NCBI GenBank assembly: GCA_963748015.1
Contig: CAVVHE010000004.1
Location: 160,001 to 224,000 of the forward strand
Source: Terriglobia bacterium
Lineage (GTDB): Bacteria; Acidobacteriota; Polarisedimenticolia; Polarisedimenticolales; JAIQFR01
DNA: 64,000 nt
Direction: 5' to 3'
The first letter of the stretch is position 1. Every line of letters begins with the position of its first letter. The notes below the pieces were generated by a model that saw only the letters and a list, made by a program, of their open reading frames with translations, was not told where the DNA came from and searched no databases. The position numbers were made by a program, and so were the translations under genes. Positions 29,795 through 39,464 of the stretch are shown here, piece by piece.

Positions 29795-30733
29795 TCAGAG
29801 CCGGGGAGCGGCGCCGGGCGGAGAGTCGTCGGTGGCCGGAAGCGGCAGGAGATCCGCGTCGCCCCCCGCGAGGATCTCGACGAGCGCGTCGTGGAGGACC
29901 GAGAGCCCGGGCGCTCCGAGTTCCGGGAATCGCCGCTCGAACGCTTCGCGCCCGCGGTCGATCTGTTCCTCGAGCCGCCGGAACAGGTCCCGATTCCGCC
30001 GGCCGAGCACGACGGCCTCTTCGTTGTAGAGGCGGATGTCCGTCGCCACGAGCCGCGCGAACCGTCGCGCCTCGTCGCGCCGCACGTTCTCGGGGGGTGC
30101 TTTGGACGGATCGAGCCACGGCGCGATCGAGGTCTCGGCGGCCGCCGCCGGGGCGGCCGCCGGCCGGGGAGCGGGACCTTCCACCGGCTCGGCCGCGGCC
30201 TGCGCCTCCGGAGCAGCCGACTTCGCCGCGGCCTGGAGCTTCCGCAGGGTCAGATCCAGCTCGAGGCGGAGCCGCGCCGCGGTCGCGAGGACGCCGAGCG
30301 CGGCGGGAAACCACGGCTCCTCGTCGTGTCCCCGCTGCGCGACGAGGAGTCCGACCGCGCGGGTGCCCGCGAGCAGGGCAACCCCGCGCGTTTCGAGCGC
30401 TTCGGGTTGGCCGAAGTCCGGCAGGGCGTCCGAGGGAAGGAGCGCCACGCCCTCCTCCGCGCCGGCGCCGGCGATGAGGTCCATCGGTCCGCTTCCGGCT
30501 TCGATCCGCATCTGGCGCAGCCGCTCCGCCGCCTCCCTTCCGTAACCCGAGGCACCCCAGCCCTTCCAGCACCCTTCCCGCGAGAGAAGGATGGCGGAGC
30601 GCGGAACGAACATGCGGGTCGCGTCGAGAAGACGGCGGAAGACGTCGGAGGGCCGTATCGCCTCGGCGAGCAAGGCCACCTGGCGCTCGAGGCTCTCGAG
30701 GATCGGGCTGTCGGGGCTGGGATCGGCGGTCAT
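29795..30733 (-). CDS. Hypothetical protein (GAF-like N-domain, helical C-domain 'ARRFARLVATDIRLYN')
   Basis: ATG after GGAGGGAG RBS; protein-like composition only in this 3' part of the 658-aa ORF. Confidence 0.72.
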   Translation of the reverse strand: MTADPSPDSPILESLERQVALLAEAIRPSDVFRRLLDATRMFVPRSAILLSREGCWKGWGASGYGREAAERLRQMRIEAGSGPMDLIAGAGAEEGVALLPSDALPDFGQPEALETRGVALLAGTRAVGLLVAQRGHDEEPWFPAALGVLATAARLRLELDLTLRKLQAAAKSAAPEAQAAAEPVEGPAPRPAAAPAAAAETSIAPWLDPSKAPPENVRRDEARRFARLVATDIRLYNEEAVVLGRRNRDLFRRLEEQIDRGREAFERRFPELGAPGLSVLHDALVEILAGGDADLLPLPATDDSPPGAAPRL

Positions 30734-30750
30734 GGCGGGGCGCTCCCTCC

Positions 30751-32061
30751 CTAGATCTGGAAATCGGGGTGGCTGAGCAGCGGAGCGAATTCGGCGAATC
30801 CCGGCAACAGCTGGCGCAGCTCGGGCGCGAGGTCGAGCGCCCGAATCAGCGCCCCGCGCGAGCGGCTCGTGTCCCCGAGGCGCGCGAGCGTCGATGCGAG
30901 GTTCAGATGATAGGTCGCCTGATGCGGCGCCAGCGATACCGCTCTCTCGAACGCTCTCGCGGACCCGGCGAGGTCTCCCTGCTCCTCGAGGACGTTGCCG
31001 AGGTTGTTCCACGAGAGATCGTACGACGGGCTGATCCCGATCGCCTTCTCGAAGCACTCCGTCGCCTCGGCGAGACGTCCCTGCTGGGCCAGCGCGCTGC
31101 CGAGATTGTTCCAGACCTCGTGGTCGCCGTCGCCTCCCAGGAGTGCCGAGCGGAACGCCGCGACCGCCTCCTCGAGGCGTCCCATCTCGAGGCAGGCGTT
31201 GCCGAGGTTGTACCAGACCTCGTAGTCGCCGGGGAGCAGGCTCGCGGCCTTCCGGTAGCCCAGGATGGCATCCTCGAAGCGCCCGCGGGACGCCTGGGCG
31301 AACGCGAGGTTGTACCAGACCTGGTGCGCGTCCGGCCGGATCTCGATCGCGCGCTCGTACGCCTGGACGGCCGATTCGAGGTCGGCGAGGTCCACCAGCG
31401 CGTTCCCGAGATTGGCCCAGCACTCGTAGCACTCGGGGTGGCGAGAGAGGGCGCGCCGGTAGCATTCGACCGCCTCGTCGAGCCGCCCGAGGTGGACGTA
31501 CGCGTTCCCCATGTTGTTCCAGGCCTCGTACAGGTTCGGGTCGAGACCCAGAGCCTCGCGATAGGCGGCGACCGCCTCCCCGAATCGTCCTCGGCTGTCC
31601 TCGGCATTCCCCAGGTGGAACCACGACTCCTGCTGGTCCCGGCGGATCTCGATGGCTTGCCGGAACGAGCGCGCCGCGTCTTCGAATCGTCCCTCGATCT
31701 CGCTGGCCTTCCCGATGTTGTTCCACGCCTCGACCAGCCCCGGGTCCGATTCGAGCGCCCTCTCCCAGCACGCGACGGCGCCCGCCAGGTCGCCCTGGCC
31801 GAAGCGGCCCACCCCTTCCTCGAGGAAGAGGACGGCGTGCTCGGCATGGTCCGAGCCCTTTGCCGGCGCCCCCCGGGGCTGCCGGCCTCCGATCTTCAGC
31901 GGGCGGCGGGGGGCGTCTCGGGGGGCACGGCCTGCCGGGAGGTCCTTGCGCTCTTCGCTCGAGCTCACTCGGCTACCTCCACCGTGGGCCACGGGGCTCG
32001 CGGATTCCTCCTTCGAGCGGTCACCGGAATCCCCCCAAGGCTCGGCAGGACCATCGGCCAC
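30751..32061 (-). CDS. Tetratricopeptide repeat protein
   Basis: About 10 consecutive 34-aa 'W.NLG.A....G.L.EA...Y..A....P' repeats. Confidence 0.92.
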   Translation of the reverse strand: MADGPAEPWGDSGDRSKEESASPVAHGGGSRVSSSEERKDLPAGRAPRDAPRRPLKIGGRQPRGAPAKGSDHAEHAVLFLEEGVGRFGQGDLAGAVACWERALESDPGLVEAWNNIGKASEIEGRFEDAARSFRQAIEIRRDQQESWFHLGNAEDSRGRFGEAVAAYREALGLDPNLYEAWNNMGNAYVHLGRLDEAVECYRRALSRHPECYECWANLGNALVDLADLESAVQAYERAIEIRPDAHQVWYNLAFAQASRGRFEDAILGYRKAASLLPGDYEVWYNLGNACLEMGRLEEAVAAFRSALLGGDGDHEVWNNLGSALAQQGRLAEATECFEKAIGISPSYDLSWNNLGNVLEEQGDLAGSARAFERAVSLAPHQATYHLNLASTLARLGDTSRSRGALIRALDLAPELRQLLPGFAEFAPLLSHPDFQI

Positions 32062-32318
32062 GGCGCCGGCTCCGACCTTCGGCCGTCGCGCGCTCTCGTC
32101 TGACCGCCTCTATTTACCACCAGCCGTTGCCGCCGGTCAACGAAAGATGCAAAACGTCCAGAGTCCGACAACTCCGCGGGAAGCGGACGGCGTGCGGCCG
32201 TCGACGGCCGGGCAGCCCTCACGTTATAGTGCCGCCGCGAGCCGCTAGGAGCCGGTCCGAGTCATCCCGCGGCCCGCGGGATCACTCGGACCGGCTCCTA
32301 CGCCGGAGGTATCGTCCG

Positions 32319-33209
32319 GTGCATCGACGTCAGACGCTTGCCAGGGCCGCCGAAGTGCGCGGAATCGGACTGCATTCCGGTGCCCCGGTTCGGATGCGGC
32401 TGATCCCCGCCGAGGCCGACCACGGCGTGGTATTCGTCCGGACCGACATGCGGGCCTTCGAGATTCCGGCCACCCTCGACCACGCGGGGCCGAGCTTCTA
32501 CGCCACCGTCCTGCAGAAGGAGGGGGTCACGATCAGCACGGTGGAGCACCTGATGGCGGCGCTCTACGCCCTGCAGATCGACGATCTCCGCGTAGAGCTC
32601 GACGGCCCGGAGGTTCCGATTCTCGACGGCTCGTCGCGGCTGTTCGTCGAGGCGATCCTCGACGCCGGAACCATCGAGCATTCGGTCCCCCGGCTCTACC
32701 TGACCGTGGTCCGTCCGGTGATCGTCACCCACGAGGAGAAGCGGATCGGCGTCTACCCCTGCGGCGAGTACCGCGTCACGTACGCCATCGAGTTCCCCCA
32801 GCCGGGTCTCGGCTACCAGGAGCTGACCGCCAGCCTGTGGGGAGCGGAGGCGTTCGCCGAGAAGCTCGCGCCGGCGAGGACGTTCACGTTCGAGAGCGAG
32901 GTGGAGGCGCTGCGCAGGGCGGGCCTCGCCCGCGGCGGGTCGCTCGAGAACGCCGTGGTGATCGGCGCCGAAGGGTTGCTCAACAAGGAAGGGCTCCGTT
33001 TTCCCGACGAGTTCGTCCGCCACAAGATGCTGGATCTCACCGGCGACCTTTCGCTCATCGGCCGGCCCCTGCGGGGGCACGTGGTCGCCTACCGGGCCGG
33101 GCACGATCTCCACGCCCGTCTCGCGCGACGGATCCTCGAGCGCTCCGACTGCTGGTTCCTCGCGCCGTGGTCGGAGGAGATCCCGGAACCCAAGGTCGCG
33201 GGCTCCTAG
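32319..33209 (+). CDS. lpxC: UDP-3-O-acyl-GlcNAc deacetylase
   Basis: GIGLHSG, TVEHLMAAL, PILDGS, ARTF, HKMLDLTGD motifs; GTG start after GGAGG. Confidence 0.96.
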   Translation: MHRRQTLARAAEVRGIGLHSGAPVRMRLIPAEADHGVVFVRTDMRAFEIPATLDHAGPSFYATVLQKEGVTISTVEHLMAALYALQIDDLRVELDGPEVPILDGSSRLFVEAILDAGTIEHSVPRLYLTVVRPVIVTHEEKRIGVYPCGEYRVTYAIEFPQPGLGYQELTASLWGAEAFAEKLAPARTFTFESEVEALRRAGLARGGSLENAVVIGAEGLLNKEGLRFPDEFVRHKMLDLTGDLSLIGRPLRGHVVAYRAGHDLHARLARRILERSDCWFLAPWSEEIPEPKVAGS

Positions 33210-35411
33210 ATGGCGCTGACGCGGCTGACGGCGCGCTGGACGCTGCTGGCGGCACTCCTGCTGGCGGCCATCTGGGGCATCGTCAAGGCCTTCCAGCGTT
33301 TCTCCGCGGAGGAGGAGGCCTTCGCGGCCAACCAGCTCGTCCTGCCGGTCCTGGTCATGGCCATCGTGGTGGTGGCCCTCGCCCTCGCGGGGGTCCTGAT
33401 CCGAAACCTCGTTCGCCTCATCCTCGATCGAAAGCGCGGCATCCTGGGGTCCAAGCTTCGCGCCAAGCTGGTCTTCTTCTTCCTGGCGTTCGTCCTGCTT
33501 CCCGCCCTGGTGCTCTTCTACGGATCGGCCGCGGTGATCAGGACCAGCGTGGACGCGATGGTTCGGACGCCGGTGGAGGACGTGACGCGCGGGGCGAGAG
33601 AGATCGTCGACGAATGGACGGAAGCGACGAAGGCGCAGTGCCGCCAGCTCGCGGTCTACGCCGCCTCCGAGGCCGGGCGGATCGGGACGGCGGATCCCGC
33701 CAGGCGCGGGGAGGTCGCGGCGCTTGCCGAGCGCTGGCTCAGCCGGGAATCGCTCGATCTCGTGGTGGTGTTCGCGGGCGGCACGCAGGTCGCTCGGGCG
33801 GTGGATTCCGAGCTGCTCGCCATGGGGGTCCCCACGGAGAGCGTGATCGCGCTCTCCCGCGCCCTGGCGCTCGAGGCGGTCGTGAAGGACGGCTCGGCGA
33901 CCGCGGTCGACGGCGTGGGCGACGGGCTCCTCGTGCAGGCCGCGGTTCCCGTTCCGGCCGCGCCGGGCGAGGAGGGAAGGCCGAGGAGCGCTCTCGTGGT
34001 GGGGACGTTCCTCTCCAAGAACCTCGCGGCCAGGATGGCCCAGATCACCTCCGGCGCCGAAGTCTATCGGCGATTCCGCACCCAGCGCCGCGATGTCGTC
34101 CGGCTCTACCGCGCGCTGATCGGGTTGATCCTCCTCGCGACCGGGTTCGTCGCCACGTGGATCGGGTTCTACCTCTCCCGCCGGATCACCGAGCCGATCC
34201 AGGAGCTCGCGGCCGCCGCGAGGGAGATCTCCTCGGGGAATCTCGGCGTCAGGGTCCGCGCGACCGCGGGGGACGAGGTCGGGATGCTCGTCGAGGCGTT
34301 CAACGAGATGGCGGCGCAGCTCCAGGAGAGCCGGGAGGTGATCACGCGCTCCACGGCGGACCTCCGCCGGTCGAACCAGGCGCTCGACGAGCGGCGGCGC
34401 TACATCGAGACGCTCGTCGCCAACCTCTCGACCGCCGTGATCTCGCTCGACCGCACCGGAAAGGTGACGACCGCGAACCCGGCGGCCGCGAGGATCCTCG
34501 GCATCGACCTTTCCGCCGGTGAAGAGTTCCGCGCCAGGCTCGACCTGCCCGGGCTGGAGCGGCTCAGGGAGCTCACGGAGGCCGTCGCGCGGCGGCCCGG
34601 CGACACCCCGCCGAGAGAGATCGACCTGAACCGAGGGGGGCAGCGCGTATCGGTTTCCGTCCAGTTCGCCCCGCTCCGGGGAGGGCAGGGGGAGGACCTC
34701 GGTACGCTGGTGATGGTGGAGGATCTCACCGAGCTGCTGCGCGCTCAGCGCGCCGCGGCCTGGCGGGAGGTCGCCCGCCGGATCGCCCACGAGATCAAGA
34801 ACCCGCTGACGCCGATCCACCTCGCGGTGCAACGGCTCAGGAAGAAGTACCGGGAGGGGGCGCCCGACCTCGCGGAGGTCGTCGAGGACTCGACCGCCGC
34901 GGTCGAGAGGGAGGTCGGCGCGCTCAAGGATCTCGTGGACGAGTTCTCCCGCTTCGCGAGGATGCCCGAGCCGAACCTCCGCCCGGTGGACTTCCGCGAG
35001 ATCATCGACGCGGTCCTCGCGCTGTACGGCGGCGTCCAGGGCGTGCGGTGGGAAGTGGAGACCTCTCCCGACCTCGGCATCGTGCGGGTGGACGGGGAGC
35101 AGATGCGGCGCGCGCTGATCAACCTGATCGACAACGCGCTCACCGCCATGGGAGGGAGCGGCACGATCCGCATCGCGGCTCGCTCCTCGGCGGGCCCCGG
35201 GTCGCTTCGGCTCGAGCTCGCCGACACGGGACCGGGCATACCACCCGGAGATCGCGACCGGCTCTTCCTGCCGTACTTCTCCACGAAGCGGCGGGGAACG
35301 GGGCTGGGCCTCGCCATCGTGCACCGGGTCGTGACGGATCATCAGGGGAGCATTCGGGTCGAGGACAACCTCCCGCACGGGGCGCGCTTCGTGATCGAGA
35401 TTCCGAGCTGA
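33210..35411 (+). CDS. ntrY: NtrY-like sensor histidine kinase (HAMP, PAS)
   Basis: AAWREVARRIAHEIKNPLTPI H-box, HAMP, PAS, YFSTK..GTGLGL. Confidence 0.9.
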   Translation: MALTRLTARWTLLAALLLAAIWGIVKAFQRFSAEEEAFAANQLVLPVLVMAIVVVALALAGVLIRNLVRLILDRKRGILGSKLRAKLVFFFLAFVLLPALVLFYGSAAVIRTSVDAMVRTPVEDVTRGAREIVDEWTEATKAQCRQLAVYAASEAGRIGTADPARRGEVAALAERWLSRESLDLVVVFAGGTQVARAVDSELLAMGVPTESVIALSRALALEAVVKDGSATAVDGVGDGLLVQAAVPVPAAPGEEGRPRSALVVGTFLSKNLAARMAQITSGAEVYRRFRTQRRDVVRLYRALIGLILLATGFVATWIGFYLSRRITEPIQELAAAAREISSGNLGVRVRATAGDEVGMLVEAFNEMAAQLQESREVITRSTADLRRSNQALDERRRYIETLVANLSTAVISLDRTGKVTTANPAAARILGIDLSAGEEFRARLDLPGLERLRELTEAVARRPGDTPPREIDLNRGGQRVSVSVQFAPLRGGQGEDLGTLVMVEDLTELLRAQRAAAWREVARRIAHEIKNPLTPIHLAVQRLRKKYREGAPDLAEVVEDSTAAVEREVGALKDLVDEFSRFARMPEPNLRPVDFREIIDAVLALYGGVQGVRWEVETSPDLGIVRVDGEQMRRALINLIDNALTAMGGSGTIRIAARSSAGPGSLRLELADTGPGIPPGDRDRLFLPYFSTKRRGTGLGLAIVHRVVTDHQGSIRVEDNLPHGARFVIEIPS

Positions 35412-35419
35412 GGGAAAAC

Positions 35420-36709
35420 GTGGACAAGGAAAGAATCCTGGTGGTGGACGACGAGCCGGGAGTCCGCTCCGCATTGCGGGCGATCCTCCGGGACGAGGGG
35501 TACTCGGTCGTCGTCGTGGCCTCGGGCGAGGAGGCGATCGAGGCGTTCGGCACGGAGACGTTCGACGCGGTGCTGCTCGACGTCTGGCTCCCCGGAATCG
35601 ACGGCCTCGAGACCCTCGTGCGGCTGAGGGAGCAGCGCCACGACGCCGAGGTCGTGCTGATCTCCGGCCACGGGAACATCGAGACCGCGGTGCGCGCGAC
35701 CAAGCTCGGGGCGTTCGATTTCGTCGAGAAGCCGCTGTCGCTCGAGAAGACGCTCCTGGTGCTGCGGAACGCGCTGCGCCAGAGACGGCTCGAGCAGCGG
35801 AACCGCCGCCTCCTCGAGCAGCTGGTCGTCGATACCGACCTCCTCGGCGTGAGTCCGGCGGTCGCGCAGCTGCGGGCGGAAGTCGCCGCGGCGGCGGCGG
35901 TGGATTCCCCGGTTCTCGTCTGCGGAGAGCGCGGCACGGGAAGGGAGAACGTTGCCCGGAGGATCCACGGCGGTGGCAGAAGGGCGGGCGAGGCGTTCGT
36001 GCACGTACCGTGCGCCGCGCTGGACGCGGCGGCCGCGGCCGACGCGCTCTTCGGCGCCGGCACGCCCGGTCGTATCGCCCTCGCTCATCGAGGGACCCTG
36101 TTCCTCGAGGATGCGGACCGGCTCGACCCGCGGCTCCAGGCCAGGCTGGTCCCCCGGATCGACGTCCGGCCCGAGGCGGGGCCGGATGTGCGGTGGATCG
36201 CGAGCACGGGTCCCGACCCCTCGGGCATCGAGCCCTCCCTGCGCGAATGTCTCGATGTGATCCGCATCCGCGTCCCGGCGCTCAGGGACCGCCGGGAGGA
36301 CATCCCGCTGCTCGCGGAGCGTTTCATGCGCGGGCTCGCGCGCGAGTACGGGCGGCCGGAGAGGAGGTTCGCCCCCGCTTGCCTCGCGGCCCTGACCCGG
36401 GGGAGCTGGGACGGGAACGTGAGGGAGCTTCGCAATCTCGTGGAGCGGCTGCTTCTGCTTTCGCCGGGGGCCACCGTGGAGGCGTCGGACCTGCCCGGGG
36501 AGCTGGGCGGAACGGGGGAGCCGGCCGACGATCTCTATCGGGCTTTCGAAAGCCTCGAGGAGGGGCTCCTGGTCTTCGAGCGCCACGCCATCCGTCGCGC
36601 GCTACAAGAGGCCCAGGGAGATCTGGAGGCGGCCGCGAACCGGCTGCGGCTCGAGACGCCGGAGCTCGTGCGGAGAATGGGTATTCTGGGGATCGCCCGC
36701 TCTCAGTGA
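35420..36709 (+). CDS. ntrX: NtrX-like response regulator (REC, degenerate AAA+, HTH)
   Basis: DVWLPGIDG, ISGHGNIETAV, WDGNVRELRN; no GAFTGA. Confidence 0.85.
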   Translation: MDKERILVVDDEPGVRSALRAILRDEGYSVVVVASGEEAIEAFGTETFDAVLLDVWLPGIDGLETLVRLREQRHDAEVVLISGHGNIETAVRATKLGAFDFVEKPLSLEKTLLVLRNALRQRRLEQRNRRLLEQLVVDTDLLGVSPAVAQLRAEVAAAAAVDSPVLVCGERGTGRENVARRIHGGGRRAGEAFVHVPCAALDAAAAADALFGAGTPGRIALAHRGTLFLEDADRLDPRLQARLVPRIDVRPEAGPDVRWIASTGPDPSGIEPSLRECLDVIRIRVPALRDRREDIPLLAERFMRGLAREYGRPERRFAPACLAALTRGSWDGNVRELRNLVERLLLLSPGATVEASDLPGELGGTGEPADDLYRAFESLEEGLLVFERHAIRRALQEAQGDLEAAANRLRLETPELVRRMGILGIARSQ

Positions 36710-37347
36710 CGCTGGCGAGCGGGCCGATCCCGGCCGGACTCGGCCGGGGATCCGGCCCCGCAGGATCTCCGGCAGATCGACCAGGTCGCGATTCCCACCA
36801 GCATCCCCGCGGTCAGGACGGCGGCCGCGGCGAACAGGCCGGCCAGGCCGAGGCGGATGCCGGCCCCGGAGGGCAGAAGCCGGGAGGGCAGAGCTACGGC
36901 CGCCTGCATGATCATCGCGGCCGCGGCTCCGGCGAGCTGCCCGAGTCCGTCGAGGAGACGCGATCCTCCCTCGAGGTCGAGCCTCGAAACCAGCGTGACC
37001 GGCCCCGACGGGGCGGGGAACGCGAGCAGCCGGAAGGCTGCGGCCCCGCCGAGGGAAACGAGCGCGACGAGGCCGGCGAGCCGGAGGCCTCGCCGGCGAG
37101 GTCGAGAGGCGGCGGGAGGCGGGCCCGCCGGCAGCGCCGCCATGACGAGTCTCGAGAACTCGTCGTCCACCGAGACCGCGTCGCCGAGCCCTTCGAGCGC
37201 TTCGTGGAGCCTGCGCTCGCGGGCCAGGACGATCTTGCAGGCCGTGCACGCGGCGACGTGGCGGGCGATGCCCAGGGCTTCCGCGGGGTCCGCCTCGCCT
37301 TCGGCGAATCTCGACACGAGCGAACGGAAGTGCTCGCAGTTCTTCAC
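36703..37347 (-). CDS. Zinc-finger (HxxxCxxC) membrane anti-sigma factor
   Basis: HVAACTAC near the N-terminus; two TM segments; directly downstream of the ECF sigma. Confidence 0.85.
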   Translation of the reverse strand: MKNCEHFRSLVSRFAEGEADPAEALGIARHVAACTACKIVLARERRLHEALEGLGDAVSVDDEFSRLVMAALPAGPPPAASRPRRRGLRLAGLVALVSLGGAAAFRLLAFPAPSGPVTLVSRLDLEGGSRLLDGLGQLAGAAAAMIMQAAVALPSRLLPSGAGIRLGLAGLFAAAAVLTAGMLVGIATWSICRRSCGAGSPAESGRDRPARQRH

Positions 37348-37348
37348 G

Positions 37349-37987
37349 CTAGTACCCCGGCTCCAGGACGTCGGCGAGCTGGCATTTCAGCATCTCTCGG
37401 GCACGGAAGATCCTGTTCTTCACCGTTCCGATCGGGAGCCGCGTGATCCGGGCGATCTCGTCGTAGCGGCAGTGCTGCTTGTGCCGCAAGAGGATCAGCT
37501 GCCGGTATGCCACCGGCAGGGCCGCGATCGCCTTGTCGAGCCTGCCCTCGATCTCCCGCAGCCTCAGAACCTCGTCCGGCGTGGGATCGTGCCCGCACAG
37601 CCCCGAATCCGCGGGCACGCGGTCTCCATCCCCCTGTCCGAGGTCGATCGCGTACGTGCGGAGCTGCTTCTTCCTCATCTGGTCGATGGCGCAGTTCGAC
37701 GCGATCCGGTACAGCCAGGTGGTGAACCGGTACTTCGGATCGAACGACGAGAGCGAAACATAGACCTTGATGAACACTTCCTGCGCGAGGTCCATCGCCC
37801 CGTCCCGGGCTCCCGTCAGCCGGTGCAGGTAGTTGAGCAGCGGCTTCTGGTGGCGTCGCACCAGCAGCTCGAAGGCCTCGCGGTGCCCGTCGAGCGCGAG
37901 ATCCACGAGGGTCTCGTCCGGAGTCGAGTCGGCGGCCCCGGTACCCGGAGCCCGTTTCGGGCGGATAGCCTTGCCGGTGGAACTCAA
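37349..37987 (-). CDS. ECF (RpoE/SigW-like) sigma factor
   Basis: DLAQEVFIKVY, FTTWLYRIASN, YDEIA...PIGTVKNRIFRAR; TTG start after GAGGGG assumed. Confidence 0.92.
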   Translation of the reverse strand: MSSTGKAIRPKRAPGTGAADSTPDETLVDLALDGHREAFELLVRRHQKPLLNYLHRLTGARDGAMDLAQEVFIKVYVSLSSFDPKYRFTTWLYRIASNCAIDQMRKKQLRTYAIDLGQGDGDRVPADSGLCGHDPTPDEVLRLREIEGRLDKAIAALPVAYRQLILLRHKQHCRYDEIARITRLPIGTVKNRIFRAREMLKCQLADVLEPGY

Positions 37988-38246
37988 ATACAGCCCCTCG
38001 CTGTCCCGGCTCGCCTGCCGCGCACCCCGGGCCCAGGATGGGTAATACGCCGCACCCCCTCCCCAGGTTTCGTCGCGGACGGCGTAATCGAAGGATACCA
38101 TTCCCCGCCCGTCCGCGCAGGGGCCCTCGGGCGCCTCGAAACGGAGGCACGGGCACGAATCGAGCCGTGCCATGTTACGATTCCTCCCGCACCGGAGCGC
38201 GAGCGGGCCAAGCTTCGCGACCGGGCTCTCCGGGAGGAGTGTGGGG

Positions 38247-39464
38247 GTGGCGGCGCAACGCGTTTCCGAACGAACTCGCCAGAAGCTGCTTGCCCTCCTG
38301 AAGGGCGACCATCCGGATCCCGGCAGGTTCGTGAGCCGTCTCCGGGAGGTCAGGACGCTCGACGACGTCCACGCCTTCGCCGGGGCGGTCCGCCTTCTCG
38401 TCAATCTGGACCTGGGGGAGGCCGAGGCCGAGGCGGTTCTCGGGGAGGTGCTGAGACACCGCGAGGCCATGACCTCGGCCCTCGGAAGGGATCCCGGGCT
38501 CAGGGTGGCGGCGGTGGACTACCTCTCCAACGTGGACCGCCGGCTCGTGAACCCCAAGATTCTCGAGATGTCGGAGTTCGAGCGCACGGAGCGATCGGCC
38601 GCGACCGATCCCCTCACGCGGCTCTACAACCGCCGGTTCTTCCGCGAAGCTCTCGATCGCGAGGTGCGCCGCGGCCGACGCTACGGTCTCAGCCTCTCGC
38701 TCGCCATGCTGGACCTCGACGACTTCAAGAAGATCAACGACGTGTACGGGCATCTCTTTGGCGACGTTGTGCTCCAGCGAGTCGCCAGGCTGGTCCGGCG
38801 ATCGATCCGGGAGGCGGACGTGGCCTGCCGGTACGGCGGGGAGGAGATCGCGGTCATTCTCCCCGAGACCGACCGGCTCGGGGCCAACGCGGTCGCCACG
38901 AGGATCCGGGGTCGCGTCGAAACCTCGTTTCGCGAGGAGCCGACGGGAGGGCGTACCGTGCCCCTCACGCTCTCCGGCGGGATCGCGACGTACCCCGACG
39001 ACGGCCTCGAGCCGGAGGTGCTCGTCGCCCGAGCGGACGAGGCCCTGTACATCGCGAAGCGCGAGGGCAAGAACTGCATCACGCTCCATCACCGGGAGCG
39101 GCGGCGTTGGGTCCGCTACCCCGCGCGTCCCGAGGCGCGGATCCGGATGGAGTGCGGAAGGGAACGAGCGGGCCAGCCGGCGATGGCGGTGAACCTGAGC
39201 CGCAGCGGCGCGCTGCTCGAGACGAGCGGCCCGCACCCGCCGGCCTCCCCGATCGTGCTGTTCATGGGGCGCGACGGGGACGGTGACCGGGACCGCGACT
39301 GGGTGGTCCGGGGACGCATCGTCAGGGTCGAGCCGAGGTCGCCCGCGACCGAAGGTTTCCGCGTCGGCGTGGCGTTCGACCAGCCGGTCCCCGAGGAGTG
39401 CCTCCTCGTTCAGGCGGCGGCGGTGAGGCATCCCCTTCGCGCCGCGCGGGGAGCCGGCCGGTGA
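38247..39464 (+). CDS. Diguanylate cyclase (GGEEI) with C-terminal PilZ domain
   Basis: DPLT.LYNRR, DLDDFKKINDVYGH, RxxD I-site, RYGGEEI; PilZ RRRWVR...NLSRSG. Confidence 0.92.
   Translation: MAAQRVSERTRQKLLALLKGDHPDPGRFVSRLREVRTLDDVHAFAGAVRLLVNLDLGEAEAEAVLGEVLRHREAMTSALGRDPGLRVAAVDYLSNVDRRLVNPKILEMSEFERTERSAATDPLTRLYNRRFFREALDREVRRGRRYGLSLSLAMLDLDDFKKINDVYGHLFGDVVLQRVARLVRRSIREADVACRYGGEEIAVILPETDRLGANAVATRIRGRVETSFREEPTGGRTVPLTLSGGIATYPDDGLEPEVLVARADEALYIAKREGKNCITLHHRERRRWVRYPARPEARIRMECGRERAGQPAMAVNLSRSGALLETSGPHPPASPIVLFMGRDGDGDRDRDWVVRGRIVRVEPRSPATEGFRVGVAFDQPVPEECLLVQAAAVRHPLRAARGAGR

Noticed and set aside
27454..30477. 1007-aa plus-strand ORF and many other long antisense or alternate-frame ORFs (e.g. 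32298-35474, 47547-50255, 49867-53496)
   Set aside because: Shadow ORFs of recognisable genes; stop codons are rare at this GC content and no motifs are present.
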